DNA of 36,911 nt from contig JAZRAB010000097.1 of NCBI GenBank assembly GCA_045634345.1, positions 1 to 36,911 of the forward strand, written 5' to 3'. Below the pieces are notes generated by a model. It ran no database searches. It was given only the letters and a program-made list of their open reading frames with translations, and was not told where the DNA came from. The DNA comes from Candidatus Flemingiibacterium sp. (GTDB lineage Bacteria > Bacillota > Clostridia > Oscillospirales > CAG-272). Both the position numbers and the translations under genes were made by a program. This document shows positions 26,770 to 36,531 of the stretch, piece after piece; positions within the stretch are counted from its first letter, which is position 1, and the number at the start of each line of letters is the position of its first letter.

Positions 26770-26835
26770 TGCGGGTAAAGTGAACTGCGATGCATGTGAG
26801 GCGTACTCACATGATAGGAAAAATTAAATTTTTGC

Positions 26836-26872
26836 GAATGGGTTCGGAGTTGCTCCGGACTCATTCCTTTTT
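26836..26872 (+). terminator. dapL terminator
   Basis: 14-bp stem GAATGGGTTCGGAG/CTCCGGACTCATTC followed by a T-rich tract. Confidence 0.75.
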
Positions 26873-26890
26873 GCCTTTTTTATCTATAAG

Positions 26891-26929
26891 AAATGCATCC
26901 CAAAAGTAGTTGACTTTTGGGATGCATTT
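26891..26929 (-). terminator. Terminator of the minus-strand envelope operon
   Basis: 17-bp perfect inverted repeat AAATGCATCCCAAAAGT / ACTTTTGGGATGCATTT. Confidence 0.75.
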
Positions 26930-26956
26930 TAAAGTACTAACAGATATTGAACAGTA

Positions 26957-27553
26957 TTAGTTAAGTGTTACAGCTGACACAGTAAAGCCTGATACTAAAT
27001 CATCGGTGAATTGAATCGAGACGGTAGCACCGTCAAGCTCATATACTCTGATGCCGAACTGTTCGTCATAGTATGTACCGAACACCGCTTCAACCGCCTG
27101 GGCAGTGCTTCCGACCGTGATGCCGCCGTCTTTAAGTGCGACTGCATCGGAAAGCATGGAAAATTCGGAAATATACTGCTCTCCGCTTGCATTTGGAGAG
27201 GTGGTGATGCTGTACCAATCATAGAAGTAGACCTTATCATAGCCTTCATGTATGCAGCTGGGGGCTTCCATGTAATCAATCGGCTCGCCTGCCGAAGCGA
27301 TAAATTCCTCAGACGGACCGCCAATAGTAATTGTCATGCCATTTTCAAATACGAGTGTATATGTAAGAGAAATTTCAGATGCAGTGGTGTCCGGGACAGT
27401 TGTTTCGGGGGGATTAACTGTGGTATCGGTAGGGCTTTCGGTTGTTTCGTTGCTTGTATCTTTCGTTGTATCGCTGCTGCCATCGGTATTATCACAAGCC
27501 GAGAGAGCGATAGCAATGGTGAGGGATAAAAGTAATATGAGAAGTTTTTTCAT
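26957..27553 (-). CDS. Lipoprotein of unknown function with Thr/Asp-rich linker
   Basis: MKKLLILLLSLTIAIALSA-C lipobox, followed by DTTKDTS/DTTVNPPETTVPDTTAS. GAAAGGA RBS. Confidence 0.8.
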   Translation of the reverse strand: MKKLLILLLSLTIAIALSACDNTDGSSDTTKDTSNETTESPTDTTVNPPETTVPDTTASEISLTYTLVFENGMTITIGGPSEEFIASAGEPIDYMEAPSCIHEGYDKVYFYDWYSITTSPNASGEQYISEFSMLSDAVALKDGGITVGSTAQAVEAVFGTYYDEQFGIRVYELDGATVSIQFTDDLVSGFTVSAVTLN

Positions 27554-27569
27554 TTTGTATTCCTTTCGT

Positions 27570-29975
27570 TTATGGAGTAGGTGGGAACTTACTCGCATCA
27601 AAATCGTAGTAATAGCTGAGAGGGAATGCTCTTACCTCACTGTCTTTAAGTAGAAATACCTTCAGTCTGTGCGGCGACGGCTGTGGACAGGTGTCGAAGT
27701 GATACCATGCGCCATCCATTTTTACGAGATTCCAATAGTGCGGACGGTTAGGATCGTTTCGGTGAATCTCAATGTTTTCAATTCCGACGCGGGAGAGAAG
27801 TGCGCTTGCGACTGCATAGTAGGTGTAGCAGTTACCGTAACGCTTTGTAAATCCCGTATACGCCGCTTTGTTGAAGTGCCCCATCAGATGACTTGTTATA
27901 CTTGAATATCTGATATTTTGTCTGCACCAATTATAGATTGCATGTGCTTTATCGCGGTCAGTCATCGAATCGGTAACGATTTTTGCGAGAACCTGATCGG
28001 CAAGGTCATTGACTGACTGACGGCTTATTGCCATAATCGTTACAGTCGTTGTTGCAGTTCTCGTGTTGCCTGAAGAATCGGATGCGGTGTAGGTTACATA
28101 ATATGTTCCTGCAACGCTGTTGTTCACCGCAGACGAATTAACCGTTACAGCAACACTTCCGTCTCGGTCATCCGAAGTATATACTCCGTTTCTGTATAAA
28201 ATCGTTTCACCCTCATAAGCAGTAATCGGCTTTACACCGTAGATAATGGGCTTTGTGGTGTCTTTTATAACATACATCGAAGTGCTCATGCTTGTGAAAT
28301 TGCCGGCTTCGTCTGTTGCTATTATTGTAACTGTCTGCTCTCCGATATAAGAGGTATCAGCTGATTCGGAAAATGTGAAGCTTACCGGCGAGGCATCTAT
28401 GCAGCTTGTTATAAAATCGCTTGCATCCGGAGTAGTACCTAAATAAACATTTGTCGGTTTGACGGCAAGCACAGGCGGAACAGTATCCTCAACCGTCAGT
28501 TTAATCGGTATATGTGAATATTCACCGATGAGAGTTAGTTCGTGCGTGCCTATTCCGAGCTGTTCTATTATAATGTCATCCGCAAGTCGGGGCAGGGGGG
28601 ACTGAACATCCATATGGGAGAAAAGTTCACCCTTAAATACTTCGGTTGAAGTACCTGCTTCTATTAGAAAAGACGATGCAATGTTATGTATGTTGACCTT
28701 TGTTTCAAGCAGGGTGGTGTTCCCATAGGTGTCCTCAAGAATTACAGAGATATTCTGAACTCCTAACTTATCAAAATCAGGCTCAGCGTCAAAACGCTGT
28801 GTGACCTCTGATCTATCGAAAATGTTCTCGGTGAAATCCTCGGGTGAAAGCGTTTGACCGAGAAGAATATCATATTCGAGCACGTCTGCTTTAGGTGCGG
28901 TGGTATCAACAATAGTTACATTGAAAAGACAGCTAGCGCCGTTGAGCTTTCCCTTGATACGGTAAGTGCCGCACTGTGAAAAATCGACACTGTCAAAATT
29001 AAGATCACTGAGCCATTCGAATTTGAGCAGTCTGTCTGCAAGGACAGCCTTTAGTGTACCAAGCTCGGTCTCACAGTGGGTAAGGCGGTCATTTACGATA
29101 AGCTCTGCGGTGGCGGTAGTTTTATTTCCGCACTCATCCACAGCGCGGACAGTGACCGTGCCGCCATTTTCGGTGTCAGCCTTATGCATAAAGCGATATG
29201 TAAGCTCGGTCATATCGTTAGCTTGGCTTATAAATTCTTCCGGGAAGACCTCGGTGCCGCGCGGAACACAGAGTGTCTGCGTTGTAATCCGCGGTGCCTT
29301 GCTGTCTCTTACAACAAGTGAAGAATTAACGGGAATGAATCCGAAAAATTCAAGCTCAAGCGGATGCTTGCCAAGAACGCTTGTATCGATTTTGTCGAGG
29401 TCGGTTTTGACCTCGCAGAAATAATTAAATACCGTCACATCCCTAAGCGGCAGACTTGCATCCTTGCCGATCTCCGTCTTGTGCGGCATTACACCGTACA
29501 AAAGCAGACTTACGATTGGTAAGAGAATGATACCGATGATTATCAGTATAACAATAAGCGCCGTGCGAAGCTTGCGCTTTGCTGAAGTCTTATTTTCTTT
29601 ATCCGATTCCGATTCTTTGTCAGGTTCTGCATCATCTGATGGTTCAGCCTCTGCTTTAGCGACGGATTCCCCTGAAGGTATGTCGGATGATTCTTCGGTT
29701 ACCTCATCAGCGGTGCTGGCATCTGATTTTTCCTCGGTAGCATTAAGCGATTCCGATGCTGCTTCGTCAGAGGGGTCTAAAGTGGCAACAGATGTTTTTA
29801 TCTCCGTATCAGCAGAAGAAGCTTCTTGTGTCACTTGTGCTGCGGCAGATTCTGCCTCAGTGGATATATCCTCAGCCTTGACAGTATCCGGAGTAGCCGT
29901 GACCTGTTTGACAGTGTTATTTGCTGCCTTGCTTCTTTTTGCCTTTTTCTTTTTTGCTAATGCTTTCTTACTCAT
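27570..29975 (-). CDS. Membrane-anchored transglutaminase-like (papain-fold) protein with tandem Ig-like repeats
   Basis: Disordered acidic N-terminus and one TM. Repeats bounded by DSKAP/DTTAP/DTVPP/DTTKP and DxxGN. C-terminal triad GNCY / HYWN / HFD. Confidence 0.8.
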   Translation of the reverse strand: MSKKALAKKKKAKRSKAANNTVKQVTATPDTVKAEDISTEAESAAAQVTQEASSADTEIKTSVATLDPSDEAASESLNATEEKSDASTADEVTEESSDIPSGESVAKAEAEPSDDAEPDKESESDKENKTSAKRKLRTALIVILIIIGIILLPIVSLLLYGVMPHKTEIGKDASLPLRDVTVFNYFCEVKTDLDKIDTSVLGKHPLELEFFGFIPVNSSLVVRDSKAPRITTQTLCVPRGTEVFPEEFISQANDMTELTYRFMHKADTENGGTVTVRAVDECGNKTTATAELIVNDRLTHCETELGTLKAVLADRLLKFEWLSDLNFDSVDFSQCGTYRIKGKLNGASCLFNVTIVDTTAPKADVLEYDILLGQTLSPEDFTENIFDRSEVTQRFDAEPDFDKLGVQNISVILEDTYGNTTLLETKVNIHNIASSFLIEAGTSTEVFKGELFSHMDVQSPLPRLADDIIIEQLGIGTHELTLIGEYSHIPIKLTVEDTVPPVLAVKPTNVYLGTTPDASDFITSCIDASPVSFTFSESADTSYIGEQTVTIIATDEAGNFTSMSTSMYVIKDTTKPIIYGVKPITAYEGETILYRNGVYTSDDRDGSVAVTVNSSAVNNSVAGTYYVTYTASDSSGNTRTATTTVTIMAISRQSVNDLADQVLAKIVTDSMTDRDKAHAIYNWCRQNIRYSSITSHLMGHFNKAAYTGFTKRYGNCYTYYAVASALLSRVGIENIEIHRNDPNRPHYWNLVKMDGAWYHFDTCPQPSPHRLKVFLLKDSEVRAFPLSYYYDFDASKFPPTP

Positions 29976-29992
29976 CTATAAAAATCCCTGTG

Positions 29993-32113
29993 TCAATTAT
30001 TCTTGTTCGGCACACCGTCGCCGTCATGGTAGAGCGCACCGGATTCATCAATACCGGCAATGCAGACAACTCCGACATCAAAGGCTTCCATGTTGCGCCA
30101 ATTGTATGGGTTGCCGTAAGAGCCGCCAATCTGACCCGAGTAAAGCTGGTATGTACCGTCGCGCTTCTCGACGAGAATTGCGGACGCTCCTGCTTTGATA
30201 CGGGTTATATTCTTGGCGCTTTCAACATTGAGAAGACCCATTGAGCGGTAGCCGCGTATCATTACAGTACCGTCGGAGAAGAGCATCACTGTTGTCTGGT
30301 TGCACGCCGCAACATCGACTACATTGCGGTACGGCTCAACATCGCACTGACCGCATGAATTTGAGCCGGTGGCAACGAGCGTTCCGTCGATTTTCAGACC
30401 GACTGTAAACCGCTGACCTGCCGCGACTGCAACAATATCATTCCACGCAGTTACATCGCACTGACCGTATGTGTTATCGCCATACGCACTTACAGTGCCG
30501 TTTGCATGCAAGAGCACAGCGTGGTCCTGACCAAGCATTGCCTGTATAACGTCATCGCTGTTTGGAGCAGTGAAGGGGAGAGCTTCTCCTTCATGGGGGA
30601 TCAGAGCAACCTTGCCGTTTTTGCGCAGTACGATGCTCATGGTTTCATTTGTATCGACAGATACAGCATCGGTTATCTTGGTTCCGGCTATTTTTCCGGA
30701 TTTTATGATACGGACATCATCGTTCCATACCGATATCGACTGTGAATGATATATACGCTTCTGCTCCTCTGTCAGCATCGGATATATAATATCAAGCTCT
30801 GCACGCACACCCGAGTCTCCCGAATCTATGCCTGCCTGAGCAGAGGTTATCTTTGCATATTCGGGATAACGGTCGGCAAGATAAATTATACCAGCGTTGT
30901 CATCAAGAGTTACACAACATTCAATGGCGGCATTTATAGCGTCCTGCTTTGAAATATCGAAGGTTACGATATTAGGAAGCTCATCAATAAACGCTGATGC
31001 TTCATTGTATCGGTTGTTGGATATATAATAGATAAGGGCATCGTTGAACACCGTGTTTTCGTATTTGTCGCGTTCAGACTGCTCGCGCATTTCACTTGCG
31101 ACAAGAAGCGCATTTACATAGTCTCCACGGTTCTTTAATATGTCGCACATTGAGCGTATAATAGACGAAAACTTTTCATCATTCTCAGACATCTTTGCCA
31201 CGCGGAATGCATTCTCATTGATTTTTCCGGTGTTTATATCGACAACACTTGCGGCGGCATAATCGATGATAACATCGCACAGAGAAGAATTTGGCGCACC
31301 GTATGCATAGACATACGATGATTCAAGATCTCCCTTGTCGATATAATATTCGACAGCCTTTTCGCAAACGCGCTGCAGTATACCGTCATACTCGGAGTCA
31401 TACGCGATTTTATATGCTTCATTGAAGCGCCTATCCTTTATAAGCATATCGGCGGAGTTCTTTACTCCGAGATAGCGATAAAGTGAAATTCCGGCGATGA
31501 TCTCAACGATAAACATAACAACAAGTGCAGATAGAATAATCATAAGACGGTGGCGCTTTTTCTCGGGAGAAAGTACGGGCTTTTTATGAGTATTTGCTTC
31601 TGCAACTTTGTTAAGCTGCTGTGATGTATTGCTGCTTGATGCAGGTGTATTCTGCAGTTGAGGTGTATTACGGTTTTTTGCAACCGGACGTCGTACAAAA
31701 CGAAATTCCGAGGGCTCAAATGTAAGCACTTGTCCGCTTGAAAGGGTGATTTCGGATATGTAAGCGCTGCACCCGTCTTTTGTAAGATGTGACGGAACAT
31801 TGCCGGTTATTGTTATAAGCTCACTGGAATTAAGATCATTATCGGTATAACGGTATGTACTGAATTTATGCGCTGTGTCCGGAGCATAGACCGGCAGGGA
31901 TGAAAAACGGTATCTGAAGGTAAAGCTTGAAATTTTCACCGAAAGATCTCGTTTTATAACTATACGCATGGTATCCGAGCTATCGGGATGCTTTATAAGT
32001 GTAATCGAGTGTACCGATGCAGGCGATTTGCGCTCAGGTGGGAGCATGGGGACGGGAAGAAGCATGGATTCTTCTTTGGGAGTATTTTGATAATGTTTTT
32101 CGGTTCTATTCAT
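29993..32113 (-). CDS. Single-pass membrane protein with C-terminal RCC1/BLIP-II-like repeats
   Basis: TM at LMIILSALVVMFIVEIIAGI. Repeats GQDHAVLLHANGTVSAYGDNTYGQC and AGQRFTVGLKIDGTLVATGSNSCGQC. Confidence 0.8.
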   Translation of the reverse strand: MNRTEKHYQNTPKEESMLLPVPMLPPERKSPASVHSITLIKHPDSSDTMRIVIKRDLSVKISSFTFRYRFSSLPVYAPDTAHKFSTYRYTDNDLNSSELITITGNVPSHLTKDGCSAYISEITLSSGQVLTFEPSEFRFVRRPVAKNRNTPQLQNTPASSSNTSQQLNKVAEANTHKKPVLSPEKKRHRLMIILSALVVMFIVEIIAGISLYRYLGVKNSADMLIKDRRFNEAYKIAYDSEYDGILQRVCEKAVEYYIDKGDLESSYVYAYGAPNSSLCDVIIDYAAASVVDINTGKINENAFRVAKMSENDEKFSSIIRSMCDILKNRGDYVNALLVASEMREQSERDKYENTVFNDALIYYISNNRYNEASAFIDELPNIVTFDISKQDAINAAIECCVTLDDNAGIIYLADRYPEYAKITSAQAGIDSGDSGVRAELDIIYPMLTEEQKRIYHSQSISVWNDDVRIIKSGKIAGTKITDAVSVDTNETMSIVLRKNGKVALIPHEGEALPFTAPNSDDVIQAMLGQDHAVLLHANGTVSAYGDNTYGQCDVTAWNDIVAVAAGQRFTVGLKIDGTLVATGSNSCGQCDVEPYRNVVDVAACNQTTVMLFSDGTVMIRGYRSMGLLNVESAKNITRIKAGASAILVEKRDGTYQLYSGQIGGSYGNPYNWRNMEAFDVGVVCIAGIDESGALYHDGDGVPNKNN

Positions 32114-32125
32114 ATTCCCACCCCC

Positions 32126-33274
32126 TTATCTTACAAGCTCATTCTCGGAGGGAACGAGCGGAATCGTGTCAAGCGGATGGTCGGTGGGGAGATAATTTCT
32201 GGTGTTCGCACACTGAAAATGCCACCATTCGGAGTTGATGTACGTGAAGCCACAGGAGGTCATTACATCTGTCATATAGTTCATATTGTCACGTGCTGTG
32301 TCGGTCATATTTTCACTGCTTCGTGCGGAATCGTTTGTGAAGGTATGCATCGGAGTGGGCATTTCTATTTCATTTCCGTCCGAGTCGATAAGAGAAATAT
32401 CAAGCGCAGTTCCGCGGTCGTGTATTCCGCCCATGCCGCGGCTCGGGTCGGCAACCCACTTATGAACGCGCACAACGTCAAACCAACGCTGCTGTACAGA
32501 TGTCGGGCGGTATGCGTCATATATTACGATTGTGTAGCCGTCATTTTTGAATATCTCTATTGCCTTGACAAGCTTTTGAAGGGTATCGTACTGTATAAGA
32601 CAAAGATTGCGGTCATAAAACGGCTCACCGATTGATGTTTCATTTGTGGAGAGCTTCATAGATACTTTTATATCATACCGCGAGAGATCGACACCGGCAT
32701 TTGAAATATTCGTTGATTCATAAACCTTAAGATATTTGCGGATATCGACAAGGTGAGAATATGCATTTATCTTTCTGCCTGTGCTGTCGGGGGCGAGCCC
32801 GGTTTCAATCGGCACTTCAGCATACAGCGTACTGCCGCTGTTTACAGCATGCAAAAAGCCGTCCTTTGCATAACCGAGCAGAACTCCGCCCGTTGAATAT
32901 ACGGTCGCCCACACACTGCCCTCGGCAGGCTCGACGAGATATATTCTCTCGCCCTTGTTGAGTGTGTTGTATGGGTACTGCGCAGTTCTTGTCTGGTATA
33001 TATCCATTTTATCAATGACGGTCATAGGGAACGCTTCACTGTCTGTAAGTATGCAGTTAGGCTCGCTGTTCACAATAGGGGTTATCGCAGCACCGAGCTC
33101 TCCGAAATCAAAGGCTTCGGAGGGAAATTCGATACCGACATGTGCTTTTACATCAAAATCCCTGAAGACGTGATTTTTAGCATCGGAAGAGACAGCACAT
33201 GAATAAAGTGATGTGGAACTTAATATAAGAGCTGCGAGAAGTATAGAGCCGACGGCTCGCTTGTTTCTTTTCAT
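32126..33274 (-). CDS. M15 (VanX/DdpX-like) D-Ala-D-Ala metallopeptidase, probable lipoprotein
   Basis: Signal peptide ending LYSC, IYDAYRP, HDRGTALD (Zn ligands His/Asp) and EWWHF. Confidence 0.82.
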   Translation of the reverse strand: MKRNKRAVGSILLAALILSSTSLYSCAVSSDAKNHVFRDFDVKAHVGIEFPSEAFDFGELGAAITPIVNSEPNCILTDSEAFPMTVIDKMDIYQTRTAQYPYNTLNKGERIYLVEPAEGSVWATVYSTGGVLLGYAKDGFLHAVNSGSTLYAEVPIETGLAPDSTGRKINAYSHLVDIRKYLKVYESTNISNAGVDLSRYDIKVSMKLSTNETSIGEPFYDRNLCLIQYDTLQKLVKAIEIFKNDGYTIVIYDAYRPTSVQQRWFDVVRVHKWVADPSRGMGGIHDRGTALDISLIDSDGNEIEMPTPMHTFTNDSARSSENMTDTARDNMNYMTDVMTSCGFTYINSEWWHFQCANTRNYLPTDHPLDTIPLVPSENELVR

Positions 33275-33291
33275 AGAGAGGATATCACTCC

Positions 33292-34371
33292 TTAATCTAC
33301 GGTGGTTATTATACGTTCATCGGCGCCGATAAGTGTACGGATGTTGCGTTCAGCGATTTCGATTATCACACAATCGGCGGAATATGAGTCGAGAAGATCA
33401 ATGCGGTAGGGAACAGCACGTTCAAAACGTGCTTCAGAGAAGCTTGATGCAAAAAATGGAATCATTGCATTTGCAAAGGAGTCGCGGAACATTAAAAGCT
33501 TGCCTTCGCCGTTGCCTCTTGCAGTTATCTGCATATCCATTGGTGTACGGTAAGCGGATGTGTAGATAAACAAGTCGGAAAGATCATATGCCGTGTTATC
33601 GTCATACATTTTACGTTCCGGGAAAAGGAGCGTATCAAGGTCTCCCGAAAAATCGGTGAGCCGTGTAGGTCCGTACTTTGCAAAATCGGGAGTTATGATG
33701 GATAACTCATTTGCAATCGCCTCAACAGCGATACGCGCGCCCTCTGTATTCCAGTGTGTATCGCGTTTGTGATACACAAGTAACTCGTTTTTAGCTTCGG
33801 TGAGTGTATCACGGAGATCTATATACGGAACACTGCGTTCATCAAGCGCATCGAGCAAACGGTCAAAATCTCGTCCGTTCGCGTCCATGATATAGCGGGA
33901 CGGCATCATTTCGGGATAGATACTGTTTTTGTTTGGCGCGCAGACAAACAAGAAGTCAGCTCCGCGCTCATTCGAGTATTCATATATATTGAGAAGCGAG
34001 TCGGCAACTGCGGCTATTTCGTCATCGGTCATCGGGTTTCTACCGAGGTAGTTGTCAAGAGTGTCGGCGAAGAAAAGGAAATCATCCTGCCCGACGATGA
34101 CCTGATCGTTACCCTCGGAAAAAAATTCTGTTTTCAAAGTGGAAAACATATCAACCACTTTATTTCTGTACGCAAAGCTCTTCGAGAAATATTCCTCAAA
34201 TTCGTTTCCGAAATCCGAGTTAACAGATGCATTGGGCGCATCAGTCAACAGCTTGGGCATTTCAGCGCCCTCTGCGGCATTTGCAGCCCCCGGGATTATC
34301 ATGCCGAGTGAGAAAAATGCGCAGGGAATAAGGAAGAGAGCGCAGTATATTACAAGCAGTATTTTTTTCAT
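33292..34371 (-). CDS. AlgX/AlgJ-like SGNH O-acetyltransferase
   Basis: N-terminal TM, APNKNSIYPE, RDTHW (D-x-H) and RDSF (catalytic Ser). Directly downstream of an MBOAT. Confidence 0.82.
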   Translation of the reverse strand: MKKILLVIYCALFLIPCAFFSLGMIIPGAANAAEGAEMPKLLTDAPNASVNSDFGNEFEEYFSKSFAYRNKVVDMFSTLKTEFFSEGNDQVIVGQDDFLFFADTLDNYLGRNPMTDDEIAAVADSLLNIYEYSNERGADFLFVCAPNKNSIYPEMMPSRYIMDANGRDFDRLLDALDERSVPYIDLRDTLTEAKNELLVYHKRDTHWNTEGARIAVEAIANELSIITPDFAKYGPTRLTDFSGDLDTLLFPERKMYDDNTAYDLSDLFIYTSAYRTPMDMQITARGNGEGKLLMFRDSFANAMIPFFASSFSEARFERAVPYRIDLLDSYSADCVIIEIAERNIRTLIGADERIITTVD

Positions 34372-34382
34372 ATCGCGCCTCC

Positions 34383-35792
34383 TCAGAATATGTAATAAAT
34401 AAAGGGATTGAATGAAGTTGAAGCGAGAGTCATAACGCAGAGTGCCAACAACGGCAGGCTCAACATGTATCCAACAACTTCACCGCAGGCGGAAAGTTTA
34501 CCGTTGCTTGCGGCATATTTGCGAAGTGTAGGAAGTATCGGTAGGGAGAAGATTACTCCAAAAACGAGCATCATGATTGTGTACGGGGTGAAGAGCATGA
34601 GCGCATCACCGATGCCGCCACTGAAAGAGAACATTCTTCCGATATACTGCATCGCAAAGCCGATACTCGGGGAGTTGAAAACAACAAATCCGAGACAGAC
34701 GGCGAGTAGGGTATATATATGGAATAGCGGCTTCAGAAACGGCTTTTTTGCCCATCTTTCGATGCTTGTGAACTGCTCGAACATCATGAGAAGTCCCTGC
34801 CACATACCCCATACGATGTATGTGAAATTAGCGCCATGCCAAAGTCCGGTCAGGAAGAATACGGTAAGACGGTTGGCGACGGTACGCGCTTTGCCGTGGC
34901 GATTGCCGCCGAGAGGGAAGTATACGTATTCGCGGAACCAAGAGGTAAGCGAAATATGCCAACGTTTCCAGAAGTCACGTATAGATACGGCAGAGTAGGG
35001 ATAGTTGAAGTTTTCAAGCAGAGAGAAACCGAACATTGAAGCGAGTCCGATTGCCATGTCGGAGTATCCGGAGAAGTCAAAATAAAGCTGAATACAGTAA
35101 GAGACAGCACCCGCCCATGCGAGCAGGGAAGACGGCATGTCCGCGCTGAATGCTGCCTCGGCGATAATTGCCGCGGTATTGGAAATGAGCACTTTTTTGG
35201 ATAGACCGTATATAAAGCGGCGGATTCCGAGCGCGGTGCCGCTTAATGTGACGGAGCGGCTCGCAATTTGTTCCTTAATATCGCCGTATTTTACAATAGG
35301 ACCTGCGATAAGCTGTGGGAAGAAGGATATGTACAGAAGCAAATCGGCGAAGCTTTTTTGGGCTTGGGTATTTCCACGGCGCACATCAACGACGTACGAA
35401 AGCACCTGGAATGTATAGAACGAAATGCCGACAGGTATAGTAAGCGGTGGAATCGGGATATCAAGCGACAGTCCTGAGTTGACAAGTGAAACAATCCATG
35501 GCACATATTTGAAGAATGCGAGTACGGCGAGATCGACTGTTACGCATGCAGTACACATAATAGACTGCGCGCGTGGCTTGCATTTAGACATGAGCAGCGT
35601 CATCGCCCAGTTGAACATTACCGAGCCGAGCATTATGATTATGTAAACAGGCTCGCCGTATGCATAAAAGAGAAGGCTGGCAACAGCGAGCAGAAGATTT
35701 CGTGCGGCAAGAAATTTTGCCGGAATCAGCATATGAAGCAGCCAAACCGCCGGAAGAAATATAAAAAGAAATACAGTAGATGAAAAAACCAT
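34383..35792 (-). CDS. MBOAT family O-acyltransferase (AlgI/PatA-like)
   Basis: MVFSS, PVGISFYTFQ, FFPQLIAGPI, YFDFSGYSDMAIG, FWKRWHISL and GLWHGA (catalytic His). Confidence 0.92.
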   Translation of the reverse strand: MVFSSTVFLFIFLPAVWLLHMLIPAKFLAARNLLLAVASLLFYAYGEPVYIIIMLGSVMFNWAMTLLMSKCKPRAQSIMCTACVTVDLAVLAFFKYVPWIVSLVNSGLSLDIPIPPLTIPVGISFYTFQVLSYVVDVRRGNTQAQKSFADLLLYISFFPQLIAGPIVKYGDIKEQIASRSVTLSGTALGIRRFIYGLSKKVLISNTAAIIAEAAFSADMPSSLLAWAGAVSYCIQLYFDFSGYSDMAIGLASMFGFSLLENFNYPYSAVSIRDFWKRWHISLTSWFREYVYFPLGGNRHGKARTVANRLTVFFLTGLWHGANFTYIVWGMWQGLLMMFEQFTSIERWAKKPFLKPLFHIYTLLAVCLGFVVFNSPSIGFAMQYIGRMFSFSGGIGDALMLFTPYTIMMLVFGVIFSLPILPTLRKYAASNGKLSACGEVVGYMLSLPLLALCVMTLASTSFNPFIYYIF

Positions 35793-35868
35793 AAAAACCT
35801 CGTAAAGCGAAGATTTTTTGAATATATGAATTGTTTTCAGAATTTATGCATATAATTATACAGTATAT

Positions 35869-35897
35869 ATTATATCATCTTTCGCGGTGTAATGCAA
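35869..35897 (-). promoter_or_regulatory. sigmaA promoter of the MBOAT operon
   Basis: Minus strand TTGCAT-17 nt-TATAAT with extended TG. Confidence 0.6.
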
Positions 35898-35959
35898 TAT
35901 CAAATTTAAAATATTTTCAGGCGTAATACAAAATATTTTTGTGAATTTGCAAAAACCTC

Positions 35960-35988
35960 TTGACATTAAGGGCTTGTTATGATATACT
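35960..35988 (+). promoter_or_regulatory. sigmaA promoter of the tRNA pair
   Basis: TTGACA-17 nt-TATACT with extended TG. Confidence 0.75.
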
Positions 35989-36035
35989 ATATAGGCGGTC
36001 AAGAGACGGACCGCCAAAAAAAGGTAACGGAAAAT

Positions 36036-36123
36036 GCCGGAGTGGCGGAATTGGCAGACGCCCGGGACTTAAAATCCCGTGAGACCAAATCTCGTACCGG
36101 TTCGAGCCCGGTTTCCGGCACCA
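36036..36123 (+). tRNA. tRNA-Leu(TAA)
   Basis: GCCGGAG acceptor, anticodon arm CGGGA-CT-TAA-AA-TCCCG, long variable arm, GGTTCGAG T loop and encoded CCA. Confidence 0.95.
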
Positions 36124-36129
36124 ATATAT

Positions 36130-36206
<77 letters not shown>

Positions 36207-36236
36207 ATTAGTGCGACCAAAAAAGATATCGCACGA

Positions 36237-36262
36237 AAAACCCGAGATTTTCTCGGGTTTTC
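36237..36262 (+). terminator. Terminator after the tRNA pair
   Basis: AAAACCCGAGA-TTT-TCTCGGGTTTT followed by T-rich sequence. Confidence 0.7.
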
Positions 36263-36481
36263 TTCGTTTTTCTCCGTTTTTCTCGCTTTTTCAAAATTCG
36301 AAAAATAGTCAAAATAAAAAGATATCATTTGAGAAAAACGACTGATCGGAGGGATTTGAACTACCGACCTCCCCTTTTTGACACAAATTTCAGAGTTTTT
36401 TGAGCAAAAAAAGGACGAAAAACAAAGTATTCAAATGTTAAATCTTTATGTCTTGTACAACAAATATAAACGCATCTTTTT

Positions 36482-36530
36482 GGGGCGAATTTTTACAGAT
36501 TGATTCTGTAAGATTCGCCCCTTTTTTTAT
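36482..36530. terminator. Terminator hairpin downstream of the small minus-strand ORF
   Basis: GGGGCGAATTTTTACAGA / TCTGTAAGATTCGCCCC stem followed by a T tract on the plus strand. Confidence 0.6.
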
Positions 36531-36531
36531 T

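Noticed and set aside
26770-26835. Extra hairpin CATGTGAG/CTCACATG after dapL as a riboswitch or ncRNA
   Set aside because: It lies in a 3' UTR between convergent genes and shows no recognisable aptamer motif.
27570-28000. Transglutaminase-like domain as the missing lasso B2 protease
   Set aside because: It is 15 kb away, in another operon, extracellular and fused to Ig-like repeats.
29464-30198. Long antisense ORFs (for example 29464-30198, 31988-32635, 34408-34998, 23202-23717, 11475-12158)
   Set aside because: They lie opposite well-supported genes, lack RBS or family motifs, and are explained by codon bias or low complexity.
32126-33274. Vancomycin resistance locus
   Set aside because: No vanA/B ligase, vanH, vanR or vanS is nearby, and the protein has an export signal.
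34383-35792. dltB of a teichoic acid D-alanylation operon
   Set aside because: No dltA or dltC is present, and the partner is AlgJ-like, which fits O-acetylation better.
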